64,000 bases of DNA from assembly GCA_017542065.1 (NCBI GenBank), contig JAFXXX010000007.1:2182-66181 (forward strand), written 5' to 3'. This document shows, one piece after another, positions 37,765 through 47,883 of the stretch. The notes under the pieces are model-generated. The model made no database searches and had not been told where the DNA came from. It saw only the letters and a list, made by a program, of their open reading frames with translations. The first letter of the stretch is position 1; each line of letters begins with the position of its first letter. The position numbers and the translations under genes were made by a program. This DNA is from Bacilli bacterium. Lineage in GTDB: Bacteria; Bacillota_I; Bacilli_A; RF39; UBA660.

Positions 37765-38554
37765 TTGCATTTTTTACTGCTTCTACTACTTTTTTAGCAT
37801 CAGTTCCTTCGAATGCTCTAAGCACTTCGATAGGGACAGCAAATATAATTGTATTAGATTGATCTGAAGATAAATCATTAAGAGTTGATAGAGTTCTTAA
37901 ATGAAGTGCACCAGGTGCAGCACTTAGAACTGTTGCAGCTTTAGCTAAGTTATCAGCGGCTTCTTTTTCACCACGAGATTTAGTAATAACAGCTTCTTTT
38001 TCTCTTTCAGCTTCAGCAACTTTAGCAATTACTCTTTGCATCTCATCAGGAAGTTTAATGTCTTTTAATTCAACATTTTCAACTTTGATTCCCCATGGAT
38101 CTGTTGCTTCATCAATTACATTACAGATTTCAGTAGAAATTTTATCTCTTTCAGATAGTAATTCATCAAGTGAAACAGCACCAACTGCGTTACGCATAGT
38201 TGTTTGAGCTAATTGTCCAACAGCATATTGATATCTTTCAACTGCTAAGATAGCTTTAGATGCATCAAATACTTTATAGTAAATAACTGCATTTATTCTA
38301 ATAGATACATTATCTTTAGTAATAGCATCTTGTTCTGGAACGTCAACAGCTTTAGTTCTAATATCTACTTTCTTATAAGATTCAAAAATAGGTAGAACTA
38401 TTTTCCAACCAGGTGTCATTATTTTCTTGAATTTACCAAATCTAAATTTGATACCTCTTTCATATTCTGAAATTTGTTTAATTGAGATTAGTAAAATAAA
38501 TAATACAAATATTATTACACCTACTACAAATATCATAAACTCCTCCTTTAGCAA
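37754..38554 (-). CDS. SPFH/Band-7 (stomatin/prohibitin-like) membrane protein
   Basis: N-terminal TM helix followed by an SPFH domain and a coiled-coil. Ala/Glu-rich C-terminus. Confidence 0.85.
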   Translation of the reverse strand: MLKEEFMIFVVGVIIFVLFILLISIKQISEYERGIKFRFGKFKKIMTPGWKIVLPIFESYKKVDIRTKAVDVPEQDAITKDNVSIRINAVIYYKVFDASKAILAVERYQYAVGQLAQTTMRNAVGAVSLDELLSERDKISTEICNVIDEATDPWGIKVENVELKDIKLPDEMQRVIAKVAEAEREKEAVITKSRGEKEAADNLAKAATVLSAAPGALHLRTLSTLNDLSSDQSNTIIFAVPIEVLRAFEGTDAKKVVEAVKNAKKN

Positions 38555-38589
38555 ATATTATATATTATTTTAATTTGTGGGTCAATATC

Positions 38590-38616
38590 ATTAAAAAAGC
38601 AGGCTAATGGCCTGCT
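38590..38616 (-). terminator. Terminator of the 38604-39818 gene
   Basis: agcaggc-cattA-gcctgct hairpin on the minus strand followed by TTTTTT. It overlaps the stop codon. Confidence 0.6.
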
Positions 38617-39818
38617 TTCATCCCCATTGGAGGTGGATCATCATCTGGTATTATATTTTTCATTGCCCAGCTTAATATTTCTCCTCTTAATTCTTCAGGA
38701 ATATCTTTATGAGATAATTTTTGTTCTAATATTTTATATTCAAATTCATATAATTTATTATGTAATGCATAATCAACTAATTCTTTTAATTGTGCTTTTG
38801 TTCCTTGTTGTCCACCAGCCATAACATTTTGATCAATACATAATGCTTCATATAATTTATTTAATTTTTCTATTCTTTCAGTATTATCTTCGCTTGATTC
38901 ATTAAATTCTTTTAATCTAGATCTTCTGTCAGTTAATAACTCAGTAATAGATTTTTTATTACCATCTTTATTAAATGATACCTGTAATATTGGCATTTCA
39001 TCTAATACCTCAGGATGTTTTTTAACATAGAAACAAACTGCATTATCCATTGATCTTAAATGAGATGCGTTGTCACCAAATACATTAAGTGATGATGTTA
39101 GAGCTTCCTCATATTTTTCTATACGTCTATTAATAGCATCTTGATTATACTTTTTGTATAAATCAGGAGCAAATGTTTTTAAAAACTCCATAGCAGCCTT
39201 TAATCCAACAATTTCAGCATGGTTCTCTTTATATAATTTAGCATAATTATTATCATAAAATTCTGGATCAACACGCCTTGTAATTGATTCATAAGCTTGT
39301 ACATATATTGATAGTCTAGGACTTAATAAACCACAATGTATTCCATTTTTGTATATAACATTATTTTGCACTGCATGAGCAACTTCATGAGGTATCATTT
39401 GCATACCTCTTAAGAATACATTTAAATCACCTGAACATAGTTTTTCAACTACTCTTGGTGAGTAATATAGTGTATGTAGGTCATTATTTCTAATACAGTC
39501 AGCACTACCATTTGAATTATATTCTTTTTTATGTTCTTCATATTCTTCTTCATTAAGAATTTTAATAGTAACATTTTGCTTAATTCCACTTAATAGTGCA
39601 TATCGTCTACTAAAAAAATTAATAATAAATTTTGCTTCTTCTTCCGTAAAGTGATTAGCTCTAAACTTCATAAGATGCTTAGTAGTCATAGCAAATAAAA
39701 ATTCGTCTACTTTATCACCAGGAATATACTCATGAGAAAAACAATACTCAATACATTGAGCAAATGATTCAACATTAGGACTGTTTTTAAATGATTGATA
39801 TATTTCTTCTTTACACAT
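38604..39818 (-). CDS. Hypothetical protein, 404 aa, with an HExxH motif (putative zinc metallopeptidase-like)
   Basis: HEVAH at the centre of the protein. No other recognisable family features. Pro-rich C-terminus DDDPPPMGMKAGH. Confidence 0.5.
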   Translation of the reverse strand: MCKEEIYQSFKNSPNVESFAQCIEYCFSHEYIPGDKVDEFLFAMTTKHLMKFRANHFTEEEAKFIINFFSRRYALLSGIKQNVTIKILNEEEYEEHKKEYNSNGSADCIRNNDLHTLYYSPRVVEKLCSGDLNVFLRGMQMIPHEVAHAVQNNVIYKNGIHCGLLSPRLSIYVQAYESITRRVDPEFYDNNYAKLYKENHAEIVGLKAAMEFLKTFAPDLYKKYNQDAINRRIEKYEEALTSSLNVFGDNASHLRSMDNAVCFYVKKHPEVLDEMPILQVSFNKDGNKKSITELLTDRRSRLKEFNESSEDNTERIEKLNKLYEALCIDQNVMAGGQQGTKAQLKELVDYALHNKLYEFEYKILEQKLSHKDIPEELRGEILSWAMKNIIPDDDPPPMGMKAGH

Positions 39819-39839
39819 GTTATCACCTAGTTTAATATT

Positions 39840-39868
39840 ATCACAAATACATGATAATAAAAAGCAGA
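39840..39868 (-). terminator. Terminator of ssb
   Basis: aagcagat-gtcta-atctgctt hairpin followed by TTTTTA on the minus strand. Confidence 0.6.
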
Positions 39869-40204
39869 TTAGACATCTGCTTTATCTTTTTTACTTGATA
39901 GGAAAGTTATCTTTTCAGCAATTACTTCAGTAATATATTTCTTTTCTTCTTCTTTTTCAAAGACTCTAGTTTCAACTCTTCCTTTAACTCCTAGAAGATC
40001 TCCTTTATGACAGTATTCAGATGCATTTTCTGCAATACCATTCCATAATTTGCAATCAATGAAATCTGATTCATATTCACCATTACTATTCTTATAGTTT
40101 CTTGGAACAGCTAAAGTAATATTAGTATATTTATGACCTCCTTCAGATTCTTTGATTTCTGGATTCTTAACAAGTCTTCCAATAATAACAATTTGATTTA
40201 ACAT
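39869..40204 (-). CDS. ssb: Single-stranded DNA-binding protein paralog (SsbB-like, lacks the acidic C-terminal tail). The start is taken at MLNQ; the ORF track begins at TTG 40222.
   Basis: OB-fold SSB signature (IVIIGRLVKNPE...GE..SDFIDCKLWNGIAEN...KGDLLGVKGRV). No DDDIPF tail. AAGGAG lies 8 nt before the ATG. Confidence 0.7.
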   Translation of the reverse strand: MLNQIVIIGRLVKNPEIKESEGGHKYTNITLAVPRNYKNSNGEYESDFIDCKLWNGIAENASEYCHKGDLLGVKGRVETRVFEKEEEKKYITEVIAEKITFLSSKKDKADV

Positions 40205-40417
40205 AATCTTTTCTCCTTTCAAGCAAGTATTTTATTTATTTAGAAATTATTATCAAATGAAGAAAAGAGAGTAGTGGAACAACTAATCTAATCAAAAATC
40301 CGTTTTTGCCTTACTAAAAAAACTTTTTGAAATTAATAACAGGTTAATGTGTTAAATTTTGCAGTTTAAAAACTTTTTTAAATTTTATTGTGTTATAATA
40401 ATTTTGGAGGTAATAAA

Positions 40418-40978
40418 ATGAAGAAATTTTTAACAGGTTTATTAATAGTTTCTATGGTTGTTATCTTAGCTGGTTGTGGTGCTAAAAAGAATAATGCAAA
40501 ACCTGAAGAAGAAAAGATCAAAGGAAACTGCAAAGTATTTGAGTGTATTAAAAATATTGAAGTTACAGATTCATTAGAAACTGTAAATGAAAAAATGGGA
40601 TTTGATGGAAAGAAAGATAAGGATACTGATAACTACTCAATTTATGTTTGGGAAGTTACTAAGGATTCTAAAGTTACAATTCAATTCAATAACGGTGGTA
40701 AATCAAATATTACAATTGAATTTGATAAAGAAAAGATTGCTAATAGTAAATTAGATTTATCTAATTCAGCTGATATTAAAACTACTGTTCAAAAAGGTGA
40801 AATGACTTTAGATAAGTTTAATGAAATGGTAGGTAATGTAGAAGGTACTCTAGTTGAAAAAAGTGCATACAGTAAGAAATACTTATGGTATGGAGCACCT
40901 GATAATTACCTATACGGAACATTCTCAAATACATCAAATAAATGTACATTTATTTCTGGTAGAACACCACAAAAATAA
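40418..40978 (+). CDS. Lipoprotein. The ORF track begins at 40388.
   Basis: MKKFLTGLLIVSMVVILAGC signal peptide with an LAGC lipobox. GGAGG 8 nt upstream of ATG 40418. Confidence 0.7.
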   Translation: MKKFLTGLLIVSMVVILAGCGAKKNNAKPEEEKIKGNCKVFECIKNIEVTDSLETVNEKMGFDGKKDKDTDNYSIYVWEVTKDSKVTIQFNNGGKSNITIEFDKEKIANSKLDLSNSADIKTTVQKGEMTLDKFNEMVGNVEGTLVEKSAYSKKYLWYGAPDNYLYGTFSNTSNKCTFISGRTPQK

Positions 40979-41004
40979 AAGAAGCTATTTAGCTTCTTTT
41001 TTAT
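40979..41004. terminator. Bidirectional terminator
   Basis: agaagcta-tt-tagcttct hairpin followed by a T-run. It lies between convergent genes. Confidence 0.6.
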
Positions 41005-42070
41005 TTACATATTTTATCCAGTATTCTTCAAATGTTAGATTCTCTTTATGCATTTTAGTGGCTACATCTATACCAACATATCTTATATGCCATGGTTCTT
41101 CTGCAAAACCTGTTAAATCAACATTGTCTTCATAGTATCTAAAAATAAATCCATATTTATATGCATATTGCATAAGCCAATTATATTCAGGATCTCCTTT
41201 TTCAATTAGATATCCATTAGATATATCTATAGCAGTTCCAAGTTCATGTTCTGAGAATCCTGCTCTTGCAGCATATAAGCTTGCTTTATCATATCCATTT
41301 TCATATACATAATTATTATAAATAGTTTTTTGTAGTTTAAATGATCTATAAGCAGTATCTGCATATATTTCTAAATCTTCTTTATTAGCATCATCAACCA
41401 TTTTTTTAAATTGTTCATAAGCTTCACTTCTTAGTTGTAATTGTCCATAGTAGTTATTAGCATAATCATCACTCATATCTACTAAATCATCTGGAATATA
41501 ATCTTCATTTAAATATCTATGTTTATTTATGAAAGCAGTTAATGAATTTGGATCAGTTTCTTCAACAGTATCTGAATAATTATCTTTATCTAAATCAAGA
41601 GTAACTCTAAGAATTGTTCTATCAATATCTTCATTATCGCTTCTTTCATTCATATATCTATCATAATTCTTATAATCAAATAATTTATTATTAAGCATTT
41701 TTTCTAAATCTTTATCATATTTAGAATTAATTAAAGATTTAGTATCTCCCATCTTAAAATTAAGTAAGATATATTCGATTGTTTTTGGTTTATAACCTTT
41801 ATTACTTAAACTAATAATATAATCATCAGTATAACTATTCATTCCTTTTTTCTCTAGTTTAGGCATAAACTCTTTTACTTCTTTTCTTTCAAATTTAGCA
41901 TCAAATAAAGCGTTTAATACATCAGTATTTTTATGATACTTAATATATAAAGGTGCATTAATAATCTTAACTCTAAATATAATAACAAGCGGAGCAATAA
42001 TTAAAAGAGCAATTATAACTCTAGCTATTATACGTCTAAGTTTATAGTTAGGTTTCCTTTTCTTATTCAT
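40985..42070 (-). CDS. Membrane-anchored peptidase M15B, VanY-type D-Ala-D-Ala carboxypeptidase-like
   Basis: N-terminal TM helix. SEHELGTAIDIS and EPWHIRYVG motifs typical of VanY/M15. Confidence 0.8.
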   Translation of the reverse strand: MNKKRKPNYKLRRIIARVIIALLIIAPLVIIFRVKIINAPLYIKYHKNTDVLNALFDAKFERKEVKEFMPKLEKKGMNSYTDDYIISLSNKGYKPKTIEYILLNFKMGDTKSLINSKYDKDLEKMLNNKLFDYKNYDRYMNERSDNEDIDRTILRVTLDLDKDNYSDTVEETDPNSLTAFINKHRYLNEDYIPDDLVDMSDDYANNYYGQLQLRSEAYEQFKKMVDDANKEDLEIYADTAYRSFKLQKTIYNNYVYENGYDKASLYAARAGFSEHELGTAIDISNGYLIEKGDPEYNWLMQYAYKYGFIFRYYEDNVDLTGFAEEPWHIRYVGIDVATKMHKENLTFEEYWIKYVNKKEAK

Positions 42071-42118
42071 ATGCTTACCTCTAATTAAATTATATCACTA
42101 AATAAAATAAAAACTAGT

Positions 42119-42424
42119 TTATAAACTAGTTTTTGACAATTCTATTATCAAATCATAATTATCATCAGTAGCCATTATATTCTTATGTTCTTCATGACAT
42201 TTTTCACATTTATATAATATCTTGTATGTATCTTTAAACTTTTCTATTCCAACAGGTTTAAGTAATCCCTTACAAATATTAGCTCTATCACCAGGATTAA
42301 TATCTACATGTTTAGAATATAAACAAAAAGGGCAATGATCTCTTGCAGTATATTCTAATTTTTCTACTTTTTTACCACAGTTTTCACATACAAAACTTTC
42401 ATCAATCATATTAAATCTTTTCAT
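42119..42424 (-). CDS. RNHCP-domain zinc-ribbon protein
   Basis: CENCG...ARDHCPFC...CEKCHEEH: two zinc-ribbon Cys pairs with the R-x-H-C-P signature. Confidence 0.65.
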   Translation of the reverse strand: MKRFNMIDESFVCENCGKKVEKLEYTARDHCPFCLYSKHVDINPGDRANICKGLLKPVGIEKFKDTYKILYKCEKCHEEHKNIMATDDNYDLIIELSKTSL

Positions 42425-42509
42425 ATAAAACCTCTAACAAAATTATATCATAAATGCTTTAATTATAATAAAAAAAATGATATAATTATTATGATATGTG
42501 GGTGAAAAA

Positions 42510-43232
42510 ATGGAAGCAAATTTTGTTATAAATGACTTTGAAGGACCATTAGATCTTTTACTTCATTTAATTAAGACATCTAAGATGGATATTTATGATA
42601 TAAAAATTGAAGAAATAACAGCACAATATCTAGATTTTATAAATAGAATGAATGAATTAAATCTTGATGTAGCTTCAGAGTATTTAGTAATGGCTTCTGA
42701 ACTTACATTAATAAAATCTAAGATGCTTCTTCCAAGGCAAGATGAAGAAGAAGAGGAAGAAGATCCAAGAGAGAATCTAGTTAATAGATTAATTGAATAT
42801 CAAAAATATAAAGATATGATAGATGAATTTAAATCTTTAGAAAGAGATAGAAAAGATATCTTTACTAAAGATCCTATGAATCTATATGAATATAGTGATC
42901 CAATCAAAAATGATGGAGATATTACATTAGATAACTTAGTAGAAGCTTTAAATAGATTCTTACAAAGAAAAGAAGATGAAAAGCCTCTTGAAACTAAGAT
43001 TGCTAGAAAAGAAATATTAGTTACAGATAGAACTAATGAAATTAGAAGTTTACTTAAAAAGAAAAAGAAAGTTTCTTTCTTTGATTTATTTGAAGTAAAA
43101 ACTAAAGAATATGTAGTAGTTACTTTCTTATCTATTTTAGAAATGGCTAAAAAGGGAGAAATAGTTATTACACAAGAAAATAATTTTAATAATATAACAG
43201 TTAATATTAAAGAAGGTGAAGAACTTGATTAG
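42510..43232 (+). CDS. scpA: Segregation and condensation protein A. The ORF track begins at GTG 42498.
   Basis: N-terminal FEGPLDLLLHLI and C-terminal winged-helix region typical of ScpA. Confidence 0.9.
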   Translation: MEANFVINDFEGPLDLLLHLIKTSKMDIYDIKIEEITAQYLDFINRMNELNLDVASEYLVMASELTLIKSKMLLPRQDEEEEEEDPRENLVNRLIEYQKYKDMIDEFKSLERDRKDIFTKDPMNLYEYSDPIKNDGDITLDNLVEALNRFLQRKEDEKPLETKIARKEILVTDRTNEIRSLLKKKKKVSFFDLFEVKTKEYVVVTFLSILEMAKKGEIVITQENNFNNITVNIKEGEELD

Positions 43233-43782
43233 TGCTTTAGAAAGTATATTATTCGCTGTAGGTGAAGAAGGATTAAAACTTGAAGAAATAGAAGGTATAC
43301 TAGAACTTAATGAAGAAGATACATTAAAACTTATAGATGAATTAAAAGATGAGTATAGTAAAAAAGAAAGAGGACTAGATATTAAAGTTCTTGGAAATTC
43401 TTATAAACTAGTTACTAAAGAAGATAATTTAAAATACTTAAAGAAGATATCTTTAGAAGTTAGTAATAACTTATCTGAAGCTGCTTTAGAAACATTAGCT
43501 ATTATTGCTTATAATGAACCAATTACCAGAATTCAAATAGATGAACTAAGAGGAGTTAATTCTTCTCAAATGGTTAGAAATTTAATTGCTAAGGGACTAA
43601 TTATGAATGCTGGTAAATCAGATCTTCCAGGAAGACCTAATTTATATAAGACTACAGATTATTTCTTAGATTATTTTAATTTGCCTGATTTATCTAAATT
43701 ACCAGAAATAGATACTAGTGATATAGAAATATTAGATGATAAAGATTTATATGAATCTAAATATACAGAAATAGAAGAATAA
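43216..43782 (+). CDS. scpB: Segregation and condensation protein B
   Basis: ScpB signature (LESILFAVGE..L), tandem winged helices. Overlaps the end of scpA. Confidence 0.9.
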   Translation: MKNLISALESILFAVGEEGLKLEEIEGILELNEEDTLKLIDELKDEYSKKERGLDIKVLGNSYKLVTKEDNLKYLKKISLEVSNNLSEAALETLAIIAYNEPITRIQIDELRGVNSSQMVRNLIAKGLIMNAGKSDLPGRPNLYKTTDYFLDYFNLPDLSKLPEIDTSDIEILDDKDLYESKYTEIEE

Positions 43783-43795
43783 AAGGGAGGCCTCT

Positions 43796-45463
43796 ATGGG
43801 AAAAATGAAAAAAAGTTCCTTTAAACAAGGAGCCTTTATAGCTACATTTGCGATTATTTTAACTAAGATAATTGGTATTATTTATGTTGTTCCCTTTTAT
43901 AAAGTTATAGGAGAACAAGGTGGAGCTTTATATGGATATGCATATACTATATATGCAACATTTTTATCTATTTCTACTGTAGGTATTCCACTTGCTATTT
44001 CAAAACTTGTAAGTGAATATAATGCACTTGGTTATTATCATACAAGAGAAAGAGTATATAAACAAGGAAGAAGAGTAATAATGGCATTTGCTATTGTTAT
44101 ATTTGCTTTACTATTTATTTTTGCTGAACCTATAGCAAAAATGATAATAGGAGACATTGAAGGTGGAAATACTATTGAAGATATAGTATATGTTATTAGA
44201 GTTATAGCAACTGCTATATTAGTTATTCCGTCACTTTCAGTATCTAGAGGATACTTACAAGGTAATAAATACATGACTGAGTCATCACTTAGCCAAGTTA
44301 TAGAACAATTATTTAGAGTGGCCATAGTAGTATTTGGTAGTTATCTTGCTATGAAGCTATCTCATGATGTTAGAACATCTGTTGCTGTAGCTTGTTTTGG
44401 TGCTACTATTGGTGGATTATTTGCATTCTTCTATTTAAGAATAAAAATTAAAACTAATAAAGATATATTCTTAGTAAATCAAAAACAAAAAGAAGAAGAA
44501 AAGAAGATTACTACTAAAGAAATATGGATTAAAATTATTAAATATGCAGTTCCATTTATATTAATAGATGCAGTAGGTAATGCTTGTGCACTTATTAACA
44601 TGTTTACTGTAGTTAAGATCCTCGTTAATCATACAGGATATACAATCGCGAAAGCTGAAACAGTTATGGGAGTATTAACTACTTGGGGTGTTAAATTAAA
44701 CCAAATTATTATTGCAATAGCTACTGGACTAGTAACTAGTTTACTTCCACATATTACATCTAGTTATGTTAAAAATGATATGGATTCAGTTAGAAAAAGA
44801 GTTAATTAAGCATATACAATTTTATTATATTTTGGTGTTCCAATGACTATTGGATTATCATTTTTAGCAAAACCAGTTTGGGAAGTATTCTATCAAAATC
44901 ATGGACTTGCTGCATCAGTATTTAGTGTATTTATATTTGCTGCTATAGCATCTTCTTTATACACTATTACACTTATAATTATGCAATCAGTTAATAAATA
45001 TAAAGTTGTATTTATTGCTCTTGGAGTAGAACTTATCTTAAAAGCAGGATTACAATATCCACTTATGGTATGTGCTTATAAATTAGGACTTCCTCCATAT
45101 GTAGGTACTATTTCAGGAACACTTATTTCACTTTCTGCAACATATATTATTTCAATTATATATATGATAAAAGTTATGAAGATAAGTATGAAAGATACAT
45201 TCAAAGGATTATTCTGGATACTATTTGGATCTGGAGCAATGCTTGCAAGTTTATTTATATTAAGAATATTTATAGATACTGTTCCAACATCTAGAACTAA
45301 TGCAATTATTATAATTGTTATTTATGCTTTAGTAGGTGGACTAGTATACTTTATATTCACATATAAACCATTATTTAAAACAGTTATAGCTAAAGAATTA
45401 ATGGGTAAAATTAAAAAAATATTTAAAAAATCAGGGGATAAGAATGAGATTAAGAAACAATAA
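43796..45463 (+). pseudogene. MOP-superfamily lipid-linked oligosaccharide flippase (MurJ/Wzx/SpoVB/YtgP-like), interrupted by one in-frame TAA at 44807-44809. The ORF track shows it as two ORFs, 43796-44809 and 44843-45463, in the same frame.
   Basis: Both halves are in frame 2. The translation reads ...DMDSVRKRVN*AYTILLYFGVPMTIGLSFLAKPVW... across the stop, continuous through a conserved transmembrane region. Together the halves give about 14 TM helices, typical of PST/MurJ proteins. Confidence 0.6.
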
Positions 45464-46070
45464 GAATGCTAAAGATATTATTAATAATTCTAAGTATGTA
45501 GTTTTAAATCCAGAAGAACAAATCTCTTCTTGGAGTAAACTATTTTGTAATAAGAATCCAATACACATAGAAATAGGTATGGGTAAAGGGGACTTCATTA
45601 TTGGAATGGCTAAATTACATCCTAAAATTAATTTTATTGGAATAGAAATGTATGATAGTGTTTTAATGCATGCTGTTAAAAAATTAGATGAGTTAGAACT
45701 TCCTAATTTAAAACTAATTAGAATGGATGCTAATGATATAGATAAAGTTTTTAAAAAAGAAATATCTTTAATATATTTAAACTTTTCTGATCCATGGCCT
45801 AAAAATAGAAATGCAAAAAGAAGATTAACTCATGAAAGATTATTATCTAAATATGATAATATCTTTAAAAAAGATAAAGTAATATTTATGAAAACAGATA
45901 ATATTAAATTATTTGCTTTCTCTATAGAATCTCTATCTAATTATGGTTATACATTAAAAAATGTTACTTTAGATCTTCATTCAGAAGACATTGAAAATGT
46001 AGAAACTGAATATGAAAAGAAATTTAGTTCTAAAGGAATTAGAATTAATAGATTAGAGGCTTATAAATAA
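45444..46070 (+). CDS. trmB: tRNA (guanine46-N7)-methyltransferase TrmB
   Basis: Conserved TrmB motifs (IEIGMGKG, IGIE, NFSDPWPK). Confidence 0.9.
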   Translation: MRLRNNKNAKDIINNSKYVVLNPEEQISSWSKLFCNKNPIHIEIGMGKGDFIIGMAKLHPKINFIGIEMYDSVLMHAVKKLDELELPNLKLIRMDANDIDKVFKKEISLIYLNFSDPWPKNRNAKRRLTHERLLSKYDNIFKKDKVIFMKTDNIKLFAFSIESLSNYGYTLKNVTLDLHSEDIENVETEYEKKFSSKGIRINRLEAYK

Positions 46071-46127
46071 AACACTTTAAAAATTCTTTAATTTTTGATA
46101 TAATAAAAGAACAAAGTAGGTAAGAAA

Positions 46128-46814
46128 ATGAAATTAAAAAAGATTATTTTATTACTATTATGTGTAACAGTTTTAAGTGGTTGTTCTATTGTTAGAATTA
46201 ACACTAAAAACTATAATGCAAATATAAATAATGTATTAAAAAGAAAAAATTATAAAGTTAATACTAACTCTATTGGTTATCAATATTATTTGCTTAATGG
46301 TATAACTAAAAAAGAGGGCAATGAGTTTAATCAAGTGCTTAGAAGTGCTAATGGAACTTATTATATGTATGTAGATCTTGTTAGTTATTATCATAAAACA
46401 AGTAAAGATTATACTGCTAGTAAAAAAGCATATATTTCAGAACCTATCAATTATAAAAATAATACTGGTTATTTAGAAGTAATTGATAAGAAAGATTATT
46501 ACTATGTTAAAGCTATGTATAATTATTCTAAAATAGAAGCTCATGTTAGTAAGAAAAAACTAGATGATGCTTTACCTGAAATATTTTATACTTTGTCTTC
46601 TGTAAAATATAATGATACAATTATAGAAGATATACTTGGTAGTGAAAAATATGATTTAAGTGAAAACAAAGAGTATAACTTATTTAATATAAATAATGAT
46701 GCTGGTGGTAGTAATTATCTAGAAGAAGTAAAAAAATACGATGTGTATGATGCTGAAGAAGATGCACATAGTTTAATAGAGCATATCGAAGTTGATGCAA
46801 AAGCTGAAGACTAA
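46128..46814 (+). CDS. Lipoprotein of unknown function
   Basis: MKLKKIILLLLCVTVLSGCS signal peptide with an LSGC lipobox. Confidence 0.7.
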   Translation: MKLKKIILLLLCVTVLSGCSIVRINTKNYNANINNVLKRKNYKVNTNSIGYQYYLLNGITKKEGNEFNQVLRSANGTYYMYVDLVSYYHKTSKDYTASKKAYISEPINYKNNTGYLEVIDKKDYYYVKAMYNYSKIEAHVSKKKLDDALPEIFYTLSSVKYNDTIIEDILGSEKYDLSENKEYNLFNINNDAGGSNYLEEVKKYDVYDAEEDAHSLIEHIEVDAKAED

Positions 46815-46823
46815 GGAGGACAT

Positions 46824-47624
46824 ATGGGATTTTTTGATAAAGTAAAAGATTTCTTTTATGAAGATGAAGATGGCGAAGAAACAGATGTAGTTTTAAAACC
46901 TGATAAACCTAAAAGAGAAAATATCTTCAAAGTAAAAGAAAAGAAAGAAGAATTTAAAAGAGAACCTGTTGAGGAAAAAACTCAAAAAATAGATATCGAA
47001 TACGAAGAAGAAAAAACAAATTCTGATCTTAGTGAAAGAGAACTATTTAGAGCAGAAAGAACATTTAATTTTCCTGTTGATGTAGATGATGAAGAGGAAG
47101 AAACAACAAGTGGATTTACTGAACAAGAAAAAGATGAATACTTTGGACCTACATCAAGACTTAGATTTGATGAACCATCTAAAAGAGAATCAGATGATGA
47201 ACCTAAAACTAGATTTAGACCAAGTCCTGTTATTTCTCCAGTATATGGTATTCTAGATAAAGATTATAATGTTGATGATGTTGAAGAAATTAACAAAGGT
47301 GATGATCATAGTCTTAATAAAAAAATAAGTGATTATGATACTGTTAGAAATAAAGCTTATAAAGAAATGGATGAAGAATTAGAAAAAACTTTAAATGAAA
47401 GAAAATCTATATTTTATAATCTAGAAGAAAAAGAAGAAGATGTTGCTATTTCTTATGGTGAAGAAAATCAAGAAGCTAAAGAAGTAGAAATACCTGAAAC
47501 AAGAGTAAAGAAAAATAAAAAAGTAGTTGAAGAATCAGAAGAAGATATTAAAACTGATACTAGCGAATTATTTAACTTACTTGATAATGTAACAACTGAT
47601 GAATATGATGACGATGATGAATAA
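46824..47624 (+). CDS. Highly acidic hypothetical protein, 266 aa, co-transcribed with the lipoprotein
   Basis: The start lies 9 nt after the upstream stop, following GGAGGA. N-terminus is MGFFDKVKDFFYEDEDGEE. The rest is a Glu/Asp/Lys-rich low-complexity sequence. Confidence 0.55.
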   Translation: MGFFDKVKDFFYEDEDGEETDVVLKPDKPKRENIFKVKEKKEEFKREPVEEKTQKIDIEYEEEKTNSDLSERELFRAERTFNFPVDVDDEEEETTSGFTEQEKDEYFGPTSRLRFDEPSKRESDDEPKTRFRPSPVISPVYGILDKDYNVDDVEEINKGDDHSLNKKISDYDTVRNKAYKEMDEELEKTLNERKSIFYNLEEKEEDVAISYGEENQEAKEVEIPETRVKKNKKVVEESEEDIKTDTSELFNLLDNVTTDEYDDDDE

Positions 47625-47627
47625 TCA

Positions 47628-47656
47628 TTGACATAGTATATTTATTATATTAAAAT
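47628..47656 (+). promoter_or_regulatory. Promoter of the tyrS T-box leader
   Basis: TTGACA, 17-nt spacer, TAAAAT. Confidence 0.5.
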
Positions 47657-47662
47657 ACATTT

Positions 47663-47868
47663 AATTAATGGTGATTAACAACAAAGTAGTATTTTATTTG
47701 AAACATAGAGATATAGGTACGGTGGAAACTTATACAAGTAAAATATGAAGATACATTGTTATGAATTAAAACGAAGATTCGCGTTAAGAATTAAAGAGCA
47801 TAGAAGATATCTATGAAGTAGGGTGGTACCGCTAGAATTAGTCCCTACATCATAGGTATTTTTTGTTT
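47663..47868 (+). ncRNA. T-box riboswitch leader (tRNA-Tyr sensing) controlling tyrS
   Basis: Has an AGTA box and an AGAGA/GA K-turn region. Distal platform GGTACGGTGGAAAC. The specifier is UAC then A at 47733-47736. T-box AGGGTGGTACCGC at 47819-47832. Terminator followed by TATTTTTTG. Confidence 0.75.
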
Positions 47869-47883
47869 TATAGGAGGTAAAAA

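Noticed and set aside
46824-47624. Calling the acidic protein SepF
   Set aside because: Only the first about 20 residues resemble SepF. The conserved SepF (DUF552) core is absent, so it is left as hypothetical.
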